The translations under genes were made by a program, and so were the position numbers. Of a stretch of 64,000 bases of DNA, positions 48,666 through 60,449 are shown in pieces (positions within the stretch are counted from its first letter, which is position 1; each line of letters starts with the position of its first letter). The DNA lies in NCBI GenBank assembly GCA_036172245.1, contig JAYWIR010000001.1, positions 5,332,001 through 5,396,000 of the forward strand. Direction: 5' to 3'. The stretch comes from Raillietiella orientalis (lineage: Eukaryota). The notes beneath the pieces were generated by a model. That model did no database searches and was not told the DNA's origin. It saw nothing but the letters and a program-made list of their open reading frames with translations.

Positions 48666-49444
48666 TCTCTCCTCTCCAGTCGTCGTCAAGTAAGGACCCA
48701 CACCAGCTTCCTCTGCGCGTCCCGAATTTCGGGCAAGCTCCCATCCACCCCGGGGCTTCCTTTGCTGCGCCACTCAGAGCAGCCGCTGACCCCACTCCAC
48801 TCCGTGATCGCGCTCTCGGTCTCCCCTCGTGGATTCCTCGGGAGACTGGATGCGAAGAAGAGCGAAAAGGGGAAAAGGCAGGCAGGACAGGAGGAAAACT
48901 CGCGGGGTTTTCTCTGCCGCCGCCCGGGCGAGCTCGCTCCCGGAGAGCGGAGGGGAAGATCCGTCCTTTCCCCTCCCCGCCGCCCGCCCGCCAGGCAGCG
49001 CTCAGCGCGCGCGTTATCTCTGATTTGCCAGAGGTCACCGGAGACGTGCAAATTGATTTTGGACAGCTGACGCGCACGGACCGCTGAGAACGGCGGCGGG
49101 CCGGGTCTGCGGGCAGGGCCCTCTTTTTCTCTCTCTCTTCCCGTTCCTCCTCCCGCTTTCCTTCTTCCTCCGCGAGCGCGACTGGAGAGCAAAGGAGCAC
49201 CAACCCCTTGGCACGGTCGCAGCTCGGAGGAAAACGACCCACAGACACGCGAAGGAAGAGCCGCGGCCTCCACGGAGACCCCGTGCGACCCCGGGGCGAA
49301 AGAGAAGGACGCGGCGGCGTCCTTCAGTCGTTGATTTTTGTCCCCCAAATTCCTCTTTCGGAGGAGAGCCGCTGAGGCGGTAAGGTTTCCCTCGGCGCTG
49401 CAAGACTAATGGGAAGGAAACTCAGAGGAGGAATCGAGAAGCCA

Positions 49445-49610
49445 TGAAACGGAGGAGGAGAAAGGAGGGTGGAGGAGGAAGAAAAGGGAGGAGGAGATGG
49501 AAGGAGGTGGAGAAGGAAGGGAAGGAGGTGGAGGAGGAAGAGGAGAAGAAAGAGAAAGATGAAGGCAAGGGGTGAAAGGAAAGAGGGAGAAATAGGGGTG
49601 AAAGAATGGA
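49445..49610. repeat. Polypurine (GGA/GAA) tract
   Basis: Direct reading. Confidence 0.9.
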
Positions 49611-49899
49611 GGGAGTCATGTTGAGGAGCCCGAAGTCTTCCTGCGGCCTGGAGTCCCCATTTTGGGGCAGAATGAGATCCTCTCCCGCCTTGCCGAAGAG
49701 ACATCTGAAACTCCTCCTCTGTCTAGAGAACTCCCTCGGGAAAGCGGGCGGCTTTTCCATCCCTCGGGGTTCCCGAAGGCAAGGAGAATCCCCAGGGGGG
49801 CTCTGCCTCCTCCTCTTTGGCAGCTCCCGAGGACGTGCCGGGGCGTGACGGCTTCTCCGGTGCCGCCCTCCGAGGGGGCGCAGCGGAGCCTTGGAGGGC

Positions 49900-51950
49900 G
49901 GGCGAGCACCCCACCTGGTCCCTGCGGCTATCAGCGCCTCTCCTGGAAGTCCGCTTTCCTTCTTCCCTCCCTTCCTCGTCCCTTGGGATCTAGCCGCTGC
50001 TGGGAGCCACCTCGGCGGGGAGCACCCGGGATTCCAGCTGCCGGAGGTTATTCCCGCAGGGGTGAGGCCGGATTCGGGAGCGGGAAAGCTGCACGCGGGA
50101 GAAGAGGGAAAGACCGCAAGAAGGGAAGCGTCGCGATCTTTCCCGAAGGATGCGCAGGACCGAGACCTGAGCGCACTAGGGCTGGGTCGCATCCCACGAT
50201 CGAGTTTCGAGAGGAGAACGGAGGAGCGCCAAGGAGTGCTCATGGAGCCTCCATTTTGGCAAGGAAAACGGCGGCGGAGGGAGCACATTGTCCCGGAAGA
50301 GCGTTCCCGAAAGGGGTCGGATGAGCAAAGGGAGTTCGCTTCGGAAACGGCGCCGGGCAGTGCCCTCGTACGGAAATCGTGCTGGAGGAGGGGGGAAGAG
50401 GAAGAGGCGCGAAAAATGCGCTCTGGGGTGGCGCCGAATCTTCGTGCCCTCTGCTTCCCCATCCCTTCCCTCCTCCAAGGGATGCTGAGGGTTCCAGAAA
50501 CTCCTTCTGGTCTTTTTTTTTTCCAGAGGGATTACCGCTTTCGCACGCACGCTACCAGAGAAACCCGGAGGAGACCCCGGGCAAAGCGCCCACCCCTAGG
50601 GGCGATGCTGACTCCCGTGCCGACCGTGGCGGCGCGCGAAAACTCGGAAGCGGCGCAGGGCGAATCGTCGCCTGGAGTGCCCGTTGCGCCCTCTGTGGGA
50701 ACAGGAAGGGTCGGGTCCTCTCACCCCATGGGGAAACGGGGTGGTCGAAAGCTGGGGAAGTGAAGTGCCTTCCCTTCCTGGTGGACTCCGGATGACTCTC
50801 CCTGCCCGTCAATCATACGCGCACTCTTTCGCCAACTGGTGCCATCTTTCCTCAGCTCCTCAGGTGTATCGCCATCCTGCCGGTAGTCTGCTAATGACGG
50901 GAGTGGGAGCAGCAGAGAAGGAAGGGTGAGGGACAGTGGGGCTTGTCTGAGAACGAGGAACACCGTCGCTCATCCCTGATGAGACGGACTGCCTCAAGGA
51001 ACGCGCCCTCGCCGCTGAGTCCTGAGGGACCCTTTCACGGTGCACTTCCGGTGCGCCCCAGGAGCCTGCAGCAGGGCTGCACTCACGCCGCGGAGACGCT
51101 GACTCCTACCCGACCATGCCCCGAGACGTGGAGGGGGCAGCAGTCTGCTCTCCTCTTCGGCACATCTTCCCTTCCCCCTGCGGGGGTGGTGGCGGCTGTA
51201 GCCAAGATACAAGACTAACGGGCCTCTTCCCGGATGAACCACGGACCGACGAGGAGCGAGCAGACCGTTCCCAGCACTACCCGGCGCGAACCTCCAAGCT
51301 TATCCGCCGCAGTCATGGCTGCAGCGGGCTCTTCCCGTGCTCCAACCAAAAAGCTCATGGTGGGATCGTAGGGATGCCTTAGGCAGCCCTTGCGCCAGCC
51401 TTCCAGCGCCACCGCTTGGAGCGGTCAACCCGTGCCAGCCAAGCAGCAGCTGTGGCCATCAGGCAAGGTGGACAATTTGCCTCCACTCCAGATCAGTGAT
51501 CACCAAGCTCCTCCGGCGACGAACGGTCACTTGGAGCGCGCTGGAGCTAGGGCTGCAGCTGGCAGTCCCTCCTTGGAACTCTGGACAGACCTTCCCACAC
51601 CGAGATACCAGCGCGCAACAGATGCTGTCGCCGCGAGACGAAGCGAAGAGAGGGAGTGGGCCCATACCGCGTCTCCTGGCTGGTTCTGCGGGGCCCTGCG
51701 TTCGCGTTGAGAGAGCCCAAGCCAAAGACCGGCTTCAGTCGAAGGCGAAGAAAGGTCGAATACCATTCCTCGCCTTTGACCGGAGCAGCAGCTGCAGCAG
51801 CCACCTGCGCTATGGCAGGTCTTCCCGAGACCCGCTGCTGGGACCCCTCTGGATGCGGCCAGCCGCCGGCCTCCTCCTCTCGGTCAACTCCTCTCGCCGT
51901 GGGAGATGTCAAGGCGACCTCGTCTGGTTCCAGCAGCAAGAGAAGTCATC
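49900..51950 (-). mobile_element. Decayed LINE 5' portion (possible ORF1 and endonuclease)
   Basis: TPWRSSVLLSKLDRG at ~50235-50195 (cf. TW....SRLDR) and GSWNP (cf. G.WK.N). Upstream FLRLRLKP and LLRAGISV are weakly ORF1-like. Confidence 0.4.
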
Positions 51951-53799
51951 GACTGCGCAGGACCGGCACTGACGGTCAGACGTGCCGACTCCTAGCGTCC
52001 TTTCCCTGTCGGTGTTCATTGTTTTCGCTTATTTTCTGTCTCCTCTCCCGGATCTCTCCTCCAGACCAGCTGCAGGTGAGGCGACACCCCCTTTTCCCCC
52101 TGCAGTCAATAAACACCCGGCTCCCGGCCCGCGTGTTTATTGACTTTTTCGGTAAATGGACGCTCTAGAGTAAGCGGACGACAAGCCCAGGGCACACAGA
52201 GATCAACACCGTCATCGCAAGGCGGACCCATTCCATCCCGCATTATTTATTTATGCATTACACCTTCTTCCGCATCCTCCACCTCCTCCCTATTCATATC
52301 TTCAACCAAGTTCGGCGAGCCATTTGGTTCCTGCCTCCTTCCTAATGTACTTTCCCTTTTTCATTGCATCCTTCCTTATTCATCGCATGCTCCCCTATTT
52401 ATGCCATCTTTCCCCATTTATCCTATTCTTCCCTATTTATCGCAGTTTTGCTTATTCATTCATTTCAAGTGAATGACCCGGATGCTGAGATGGGGGGGAG
52501 GAGGAAGTTCTATCGAAGGCCTCTGGGACGCCCGTGGATCCGTCTCTTGGTGTCTCCCGGTCCTCGGACCCCCGAGGAGAGCTCAACCGCTACGAAGAGA
52601 GCGGGAGTCACCTCTGGATCCCGCCCTGGAGAGTCCGTCCTTCACTCACGAAGGGTCGAGTGGTCCGAAGGAAGGGTGACGATGCAAGAGCTGCTGCTCT
52701 CCCCTCGCAGCGCCCGTGGCCGCGGCTGCAGGGGAGCTTGGCGACGAACCAGGGCAGTGCTGCTCCCGATCCCAGTCTTCCGGGACAGCGATGGGTCGCC
52801 TTTCCCTTGGCCCCATGATGGGCAGTCGAGGGCTCCCGGTGTTCGAGGTTCCTCCTTCCCACACAAGAGGTCAGGGCAGCGGCGTTCTTCGGGGTCTCCC
52901 AGAGTGTGGGGCGGAGAGGCAGCCCGAGGCGAGTTCCCGTTTCGCGGGGCAGCGGCCCGACCCTCCGGCTGACAGAGCGGGAGCAGTGGTTCCGTGACGG
53001 CTCGGGCACGCACCACCTTTCCCCGAAAGAGGGGGAGGAAGGGGCGAAGAAAGGCAGCGCACCGGCCTCAGCCCTTCCCCAGATGGGAGCCGCGAAGCCC
53101 CCAGGGCGTTTTTCCCCGAGGGTGGTGAGGCTGCACGCGCCTGACGGCAGAGGTGGTCGAGCGAGAGAGATTCCCACGCAGCATTCGTTCGGGAGGCTGC
53201 GTTCCCGGATGCTTCCAGGAATTTCGGAAGGAGGGAGGTGGAGCGGGAAAGAAGAGGAGGAGGAGACATGCGGCCTGGCCTTCTTCAGCCTTCCTTCCGT
53301 CCGCGTGCGCGCGCGGCTCGCCTGGGATTTTCTGCCCGTTGGCCAGCAAGAGCCCGAGGCTTACGGCAAACACCGCCACCACCACCGCGCCTCGGCCACC
53401 TGGTGCGCCCCGTAATGCCGGACATACCAGACGTCGGCCCAGGAAAACACCGCGATTCTTCAACCTATCCGGGTTCATATTTTACATCCGCTTGTCGCCG
53501 CCATGTTTTTTTTTTTCTTTTCTTCTCTTTTTTTTGGCGACCCCGCGTAGGAAGCACCCATTACAAGTCGAAGACGACGTGGAAAGAAAAAGACACCCAC
53601 GCACTCACATGCAAGCGCAAGTGTAAAAGGGAAACGTGTGCGTCCATGTCATCACGCGCGGAATTTCGTCACGAGGGGGGGGCGCATCGTACCCCGGCGT
53701 CTAGGAACCACGGCAGGGTACGTGAGGGAAGAAAGACCTATTGACCCCCTCGCACGGAGGGGAGAGGATATTGCCAGAAACTGCTTGCTCCCCTCGACC

Positions 53800-54700
53800 T
53801 CCTCGACAGGGGACCGGCAAAAGTGGAACAGCCAGGGGACAGCGGCTCTGGGCGCCGATGGCGCGCCGGAGCCGCCGAGGGAGAGGGGAGCAGGTCGACC
53901 GGAGGCTGACGTCCTCGGGTGTAAGCGGATGGGACAGGAGAGCCAGGGGCTTTCTTTCTTGGTCGGATCGTCCGGGAAAAGGTGGGTAGGGACCTGGCGC
54001 GGAGAATCCCGCTGCAGCGAAGGGTGCAGAGGAAAGATCCGGTGAGGGGAGTCAACCAAATCCTACAGATGCCCCGAGCGTACCCTTCCATCTCCGTGCG
54101 CCTTCCACGTCCACGGTTCCTCCTTCGAGATTCGGAGGCGAGCCGTGCCCTCGGGCGGCGGAAGGGACGGAGGACTCTCCAGGCTGCAGGCGTCCGCGCT
54201 CCAGACTTCTCCCCCTGGCAGACTTCGGAGGCTGATCCTGGACATTCGCTTCGGCTGTTGGGAGCGCAAAGCTGCGGGGGAAGGAGCCCCTGAGCGCGCC
54301 TCCGAGAAGGCACCAACCAAAGCTGACGTGAAACCATCAATGAAAAAACGGAAAGAAAAAAACTCGAAACACGCAACGAAAGATGACGAGAGCGCACCCG
54401 GTGGCCACGGACTGCGAAGGAGATCAAAGTTCCCCACTCTTTCGGCTGCTGAAAGATGGATCCTTCCTTTCCTCCAGGATCGCTTATTGGCAGTCGACGA
54501 AACAGCATTCGATCTCGCGTCAGCGGCCGCGTCCTCGGAGGACGGAACTGCCGGGGCGCACCCCACGGCAGCGTAGCTCGAAAGCTGCCCGACGACCTCC
54601 TCCTCTGCCGAGAAGGGCAGCCTCTGACGATCATGATGAACTCCTGATTGCCATCTGCTTTCCAGTGAGGCAGCGGCAGTGGAGGACGTTGCAATTACAC
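53800..54700 (-). mobile_element. Decayed LINE reverse-transcriptase fragment
   Basis: GNFDLL (KAFD position), then FRFFIDGFTSALVGAFSEARSGAPSPAAL at ~54355-54270 (cf. VNG..S..F....GVRQG.PLSP.L). Confidence 0.55.
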
Positions 54701-54929
54701 TGGTGACATCGGAATTCCTCGAGGATTTCCGTGTGAGTAGTCAGCACACCACCGAGTCTTTAATCAAAGCCCGAAGAATGCTCTTTCTCTCTCCCCTTCT
54801 CTCTCTCTTTTGGTGCGTGTGGTCCAGCGAGGAAGCGGGACTCTACGTGCACGCGAAGCGAGATCTGCACCAGTGATCTTCTTAAGAACGAGATGAGAGA
54901 GTCACCCGCGGTCGCTCCGACACTGCGCT

Positions 54930-55169
54930 TTGGGTCATTCTTGCGCGAAGGAACGCCCCCGAGCCAGGCAGAGACTTCGACCCTGTGGAACAAACCGTAG
55001 ACGCAACCATGCCTGGAGGCTGCCTGGTTGCGTTTTGCAATGGTATCTCCTCTCCGGATTACACCTGTATAATATAAGGCTAGAAATGGAAAAAAAGGAC
55101 TGGAAGATGGTGGAGAGCCATCCCTGTTATTTGTTTTTGCAACATTACGTTCTTCTTAAAAGAAATAAA
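54930..55169 (+). mobile_element. 3' end of a Tx1-like LINE inserted in U2 snRNA (Keno-like)
   Basis: HAWRLPGCVL...IRLE is homologous to the ORF2 C-terminus of the element at 55800-60300 (22/22-nt identity). It ends in AATAAA (55164-55169) directly abutting U2 sequence. The 5' boundary is not resolved. Confidence 0.65.
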
Positions 55170-55670
55170 TCCGTTCTTATCAGCTCAATACACTGGTACC
55201 TTGGTACTCGTCGGTAATTCGTTCCGGAACCCGTGACGAGTGCCAAAACCAATGAATACCGAACGAGTTCTGTTCTAGGTTTCGTGGTATCATCTTGAAT
55301 CACTTTTAGGACCCATGATTAACGCTTACGATGCACAGAAAGCACAAAAAAGGAACGATTCGGGAGGCACTCTATGGAAGTGTTTGGCAATGTTCGTGAG
55401 CTACCGTGAGACGAAAGCGTTCGCTCCTTTCATCATGAGAGTGGGATGTCGAGTTCCGAGCGTGAGCCGAGTGTCGAAACCTTTCTTTCTCGTCAAAATG
55501 TGACGAGTACTGAGTTCGAGGAGTTCCGGTACCGTCGAGTACCACTGTATCTGATATGCTACCTATCTGGTGGCCAGTATATTAAACTACCTTTTGGAAG
55601 TGGACAAGATGCTTGGAGCTTGTTCCTCTCCCGTCGTGGGTTGACCTGGCATTGAAGTACCTTTGGCCTC
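55170..55670 (+). pseudogene. U2: U2 snRNA pseudogene or fragment (lacks the first ~38 nt; split by a MITE)
   Basis: tccgttcttatcagctcaata [insert] tctgatat gctacc-tatct-ggtggc cagtatattaaactaccttttgga ... ggagcttgttcc ... gggttgacctggcattgaagtacc follows metazoan U2 (TCTGTTCTTATCAGTTTAATATCTGATA ... ATATATTAAA..ATTTTTGG ... GGAGCTTGCTCC ... GACCTGGTATTGCAGTACC). Stems IIa and IIb still pair; the Sm site and loop IV are mutated. Confidence 0.92.
55191..55547. mobile_element. Non-autonomous Tc1/mariner-superfamily (Tigger/pogo-like) MITE, 357 bp
   Basis: TA duplicated at 55189-55190 and 55548-55549. Termini cactggtac...gtaccactg (CAGTGGTAC TIR, 1 mismatch). Subterminal gtactcgtc/gacgagtac inverted pair and a Tigger-like taattcgttccggaa. 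Removing the element restores contiguous U2. Confidence 0.88.
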
Positions 55671-55799
55671 TTCCGATGTCCCTCTGCTGCCGGCCGATCC
55701 ACCGGTAGCGAAGGAAGAGATCAGACCGGATTCGCACTCACCCATAAGTTTGCGCGCTGGCCCCAGTAGGAGATGCAGGGGGGAGGGGGGAAACCGAAA

Positions 55800-58700
55800 C
55801 AGGCAGGGCTATAAAATAAGGGTCTTCCAGACGAAGACTTGTGGAATCCGGAAAAGTGGGGGATGCCTCCTCCAGAACGCAACCAGGCAGCCTCCAGACG
55901 TGGGTTCCGCTCGGCAGAGGGCCGTCCGAAAGGCCGCCGTCCGCTCTCCTCCGCCCCCGTTCTAAAACTGTCCTGATGTTCCGAGGGCTTTCGCAGGCCT
56001 TTTCCGTTTTCCCGTCCTCCTCTGGCCCGATACCTTCCTGGCCGGGTTTAGTCCCTCGTGGCTCTGCATGCACACCCTGGGGCCATTCCGATGGAATCCC
56101 GAGGATTTCCCGTGTTGACGGACGACGGAACGTCAGGCACTTCCTGGACCCCATTAGGACCCTCGGTGAAATTCTCCCCCTGCTCTGCGTTCAGTTGGAT
56201 CGAGGAAACCCCCGGGTCCAGGATCAGCGCGGCGTGAAATTCGTTCCGAGGCGACGCTCCTGCCGAAGGAAGAGGGAAGAAATCAGAAGATAAATGCTCC
56301 GTGGCTCGGAATCCGGGACAGAGATTTCTCTTAATTTTTCTTTCTTTCTTTCTTTATTATTTGAGCATTTCTTAGAAGGAAAAAGACTGGGAGGAACTTG
56401 AACCAAGGTCCTGCACGAAGAACCGACCGTCCAATGGTTGCACGTGTTCGCCAGGAGAAGCTCCTGTGAATCGTAGGGTCCCCTTAGCCGTTCACGTTGC
56501 AATGACGCTTCCTTTAGATGCTCCAGATCAGAGGAATACGAACCCAGCCTCTCTCCTTCCCGCACGGAAGGATTTTCCAGGATGAGAGCACCCCGAGGGT
56601 CTAGACGGCGAAAGCAAGAGGAAACTTCCAGGATGAGGGCCGACCCGAACTCGCAGATGTGCCATCCCCTCCACGAACAGGGCCGAGCTATCCGTGGGAA
56701 ATGGCGACGCTGGCGCGCGAGGTTCCTCGTCCACGCGCGACTGCGGCCAGGCACCACCGAGATCGCTTCCCCGCTACCTTGAAGGAACGTCCCCTAGCGC
56801 GCAAGGAGCCAGGTGTGCCGGGTAGAGAGCTTTTGCGCTGGCCGGCAGCAAATGGGCCTTGAGTGTGAGGATCCCTCCAGATCACCTCGGCGAGCTGCCC
56901 TGTTCCGAGATTTGGACGGTTCACATCCGTGAGACGGAACGCATCTCATCTTGCTCCGCACGCTGGATCTTCCGCTCTCTTGGGTTCAGCGCTCTCCAGG
57001 AAACGGCTTGCGTGACCACGGAAGGTTCTCAAGAACCCTCGCGAGAGGCAAATCGGCGGAATCGCAGGAACTCGAGATTCCCGTCGATGCGGTCAAATCC
57101 CGATTCGAGGATTCCGTCTGCAGCAGCCGGTGAAAATCAACTCGCAGGCGAGGCCGGCGTAGAGTGGGCGTGACCCTCGAGAGAAGCCATCACCCTGTTC
57201 AGAAACCTTCGGGATAGTCAACTGGGTGGATCGCCCATCGGTCACGAACGAGGCCAGCATCTCTCATGATCTCTCCCGCTTTTGGAGCCGCAAGGGAACA
57301 GGCAGTCTTGCGCTCACCCAAGAACTCCCAGATGCTCCTTTGGAATTTTTGGATTGGAAAATTTTCAAAAAGAATGCAACCGTGTAAACGGACGCCAACT
57401 GCTTCACTTGGTAACCAATAGAGATCTGGACTGCCTCTTGGGGCCAACTTGGCAGCGCGGAGACATTTCAGTACTGAGTTTCCGCAACGAAGCAACCACG
57501 GATGAGGAGGTCAGACCGACGAATGGTCGGCATCGCTGCTGCGCAGCCAGCTCGGGTCGTCGGCTCATTCGCGTTCCGGACGGTCATTGTCAGAGGTTTG
57601 TCCCAAGCGCCCGCATCCTCGCTGAACATTTCAAAGGCATCTTGTTTTGGGGGGTGGATGGCGCGTGGGAAACCCGCTTAGGTCCGGGGGAACGACGTCG
57701 CAAGAAATATCAAACGGGCACGGATTTTCCCTAGCTCGAGGAAGTAACCCGTTGCCCCGGACTACACATCCGCGTTTTTTTTTCTTCTTCTTCTACCTGG
57801 GACCGTAGGAGGATGAATTTTCGCGTCCACGCTTCCATAGAAGTTCCAACCTACAAAAGAGGCAGTTAAGGGCCAAGCAGTTCAGGAAACCCAAGTGCAG
57901 CTCATCGATTGTTCTCTGCTGCTCCTCGACACTCTGAGATTTTTGCTTTTTCTAGCTCGAAGAATCTTCAGCCTTTAGTTTGGGCTTCAGAATCGGGAAT
58001 CGTAGATGGTTCATTGTTCACATCAACTCCTTGAGCTGCATATCTGATTAAATACCCCTCTCAAATCGGCGAAATTCCATTTCTTTGCTGACCTCGTGCT
58101 ATCTGAGGAATATTTACGCCCCTTACGACCAGTGATGTCGAAAAATTCCTTGATTCTTTAGCACTAGCATTCTACGCACAGAAACAGCCTTCCACCATCC
58201 AGTGCCCAAGAGGTTTCAATTAAGTGAGGAAACCTACATGCTGTAACCATGATTCTGTGTTCCTTTCAGTACTTCTTGCATTTCGGTAGATTCTTGGGCT
58301 GTCTTGCTATTTGACACTAAATGAGTGCTAGCCAATGGCGGGCATTTTCAGGAGAAGCTTAGCGCTCCACAGCACGTGAAGATGCACATCCCATCTCTGA
58401 AAAAGGAAAGAAGAACCTAGAAGAGATCCGAGTGGGAAGCACTTCGCGCTCGCATCAGTCAGTAGGAGCGGAATGTGTGCTACCTGAAGACTGGAACGCA
58501 GAGCCCTGGATGAAGAACAATCGACTCTTCAGAGGAAGAGAAAAGTGATGTCTTATGAGCGGAAAATGCGACAGAGGAGTTGTGGGCGAACGCTCCGCGC
58601 TATGCTGGACGTAAGCGCGGTCTCCCGAAAGTTGGTCGAGAAAGATCCACTGAGCACTGGTTGGTTCGAAAGCTTCGTGGTCTTCATCCTGCAACGCGGC

Positions 58701-60300
58701 CCACACAATCGACTGAAAAGTGGCCGTTAAATTACAGGAAACAGGAATGGCAGAACTGGCGTAGGAGTGAAAAGTTCATCAGGACGCCTTCGGAAAATGG
58801 GGACAGCAGTCGCAGCCATCGCGTCTCCGTGAACGCCCGTTCTCGAGTTCAGTCTTGATGCAAGGGTCGTGTGTGCTTTCATCTTGCTAAGCAACCCTTT
58901 GGGTACAGAAACTGCAAAATGATGAGGAAGGCAACGGGAAAATGAGCAGCGCGTGATCCTGCCCATCGTTCCGGCCATCTCTCGGTTTGCCAATCTCCAG
59001 AACTTGGCAGATTTTACGGATCAGTTCGTTTTTTGGATGCGGGATTCCATCGTTGGGATTTTCGAACCGCCATTGAAGATTCCAATCATCAGCTTCCAGC
59101 TTTTACGGTTCGAATTTTTCACCACGCATCCACGAACCTTCTGAGAAAATGCTGGTTTCGGAAATGCGGCATTCCGACCGGATTTCGGCTGCAGCAACTG
59201 AGCGCCTTTCCCCTCGGGAATGGTTGCTTTTCCTTGTAATCCCTGAATGCCGCCAACAGTGGCATTTTCCGTCCTCTCAAGAAACTGAACTACAGGAGTC
59301 ATCATTTCTTTAGTTTGCCTTTCTCGGAATCTTTGAGAGAACATTTTTGGGGGGAAAAGGATATTGCTTTCAACTCCTGCCCTGAGCGCCATCCCGACGT
59401 TCCACATAGCAGCCGGTCGCTGCTGCTGAAGAAAGCCGGTATAGCATACTGGCTTTCTTACACAGCAGCGACCTGTTGAGATGGTGACTTCAGTTTATTC
59501 GGACCATTCCAAGGGTGATCAGCAGAAAGTCCCCACATAACCTCGTCCCAAGAGGTGTCGTCGGAACCCGCTCTCGTCTACGTTTTCTCAAGAGAAGGCA
59601 TGGTGTGAGTGTTGCTGACAACCCTTCCTTCTGCGGCTCCCACTATTGGCTTCGCCTCTCAGAGAAAAACAACCACCAGCAGCGGGAGAGCACCCTGACC
59701 TTGAGTGCCGCCACATGGGCAAGAGTCGTGGGCTTGTGGAATAGGGAAGAGACGTGCAAGATCTCAGAGCTGAGAAAGCTCCTGGCATGTCAAGAGACGA
59801 CGACCCTGTTTAGAATGCTAGGATGAGCGCCCCAGCCTCATCCGCAGAAACAGTGCCATCTCCAGTGTGCATTTTTTTGTGTGAGCGCGCGCTCCTCTGA
59901 TTGTTTGGCAGGAAACAAAGGTAGGGAATGAATTTTGGCGCAGTCGTGGATGGTGGCCGATCTTCTGCTTGAATCGCCGGTGTGAACAAGCGAATCAGCA
60001 GCAAGCGATCCCCGGTGACCTCTTGACCGGGAGAGCAAAGAAACTGAGTGGGAAGCGCGAGAAGCATGGAGGTGGAAGCCCGGGCAACGGGACACAGGTG
60101 GTTTAGGAGGGACGGGCAGAGACAAAGCTCAGCCTCAGAAAAAGCTCGAGAAGTGTGGAAGGAGCTGAAGAACTGTTGCAAGTGGGTCTTCTGGATCGAT
60201 CGTGCTCGTGGGAGCCATAAGCCAGAAACGGTGCTCAAAGACTAGTTGGAAGTGGGATGTTCCACCCCTCAACTTCCCACAGTTCTCCTTTCCCAACAGT
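55800..60300 (-). mobile_element. Near-full-length decayed Tx1-like LINE ORF2
   Basis: SIQKTHL at ~60195 (cf. LQETH); GDRLLLI at ~60015; SWKLMIG...FWRL at ~59100-59000 (cf. WKLN...W); ENAR and QHVGF at ~58350-58230; EFFD at ~58145; ISCDV (YADD position) at ~57700; IQKFQRSIWEFLG...LAAPK...GLV at 57355-57250; HVWRLPGCVL at ~55900-55873. Span and order match a ~4.4-kb ORF2. Many stop codons. Confidence 0.75.
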
Positions 60301-60449
60301 GCTCCTGCCTCAACAATATTCCTTCTCTAATAATGCTCCTTCCTTAACAGTGCTTCTTCCCCAGCGATCCGTCTTGGACGTGAAGTCGGCAACAGCGAGA
60401 AACGAGAATTTTTCGGTTCTGGAGTCTTCATGGTGCCGCTAACGGGAAG

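Noticed and set aside
55170-55670. Functional U2 gene or intron-containing U2
   Set aside because: The 5' 38 nt including the branch-point-pairing region are absent and the Sm site is mutated. The insert has TIRs and a TA duplication, not splice sites.
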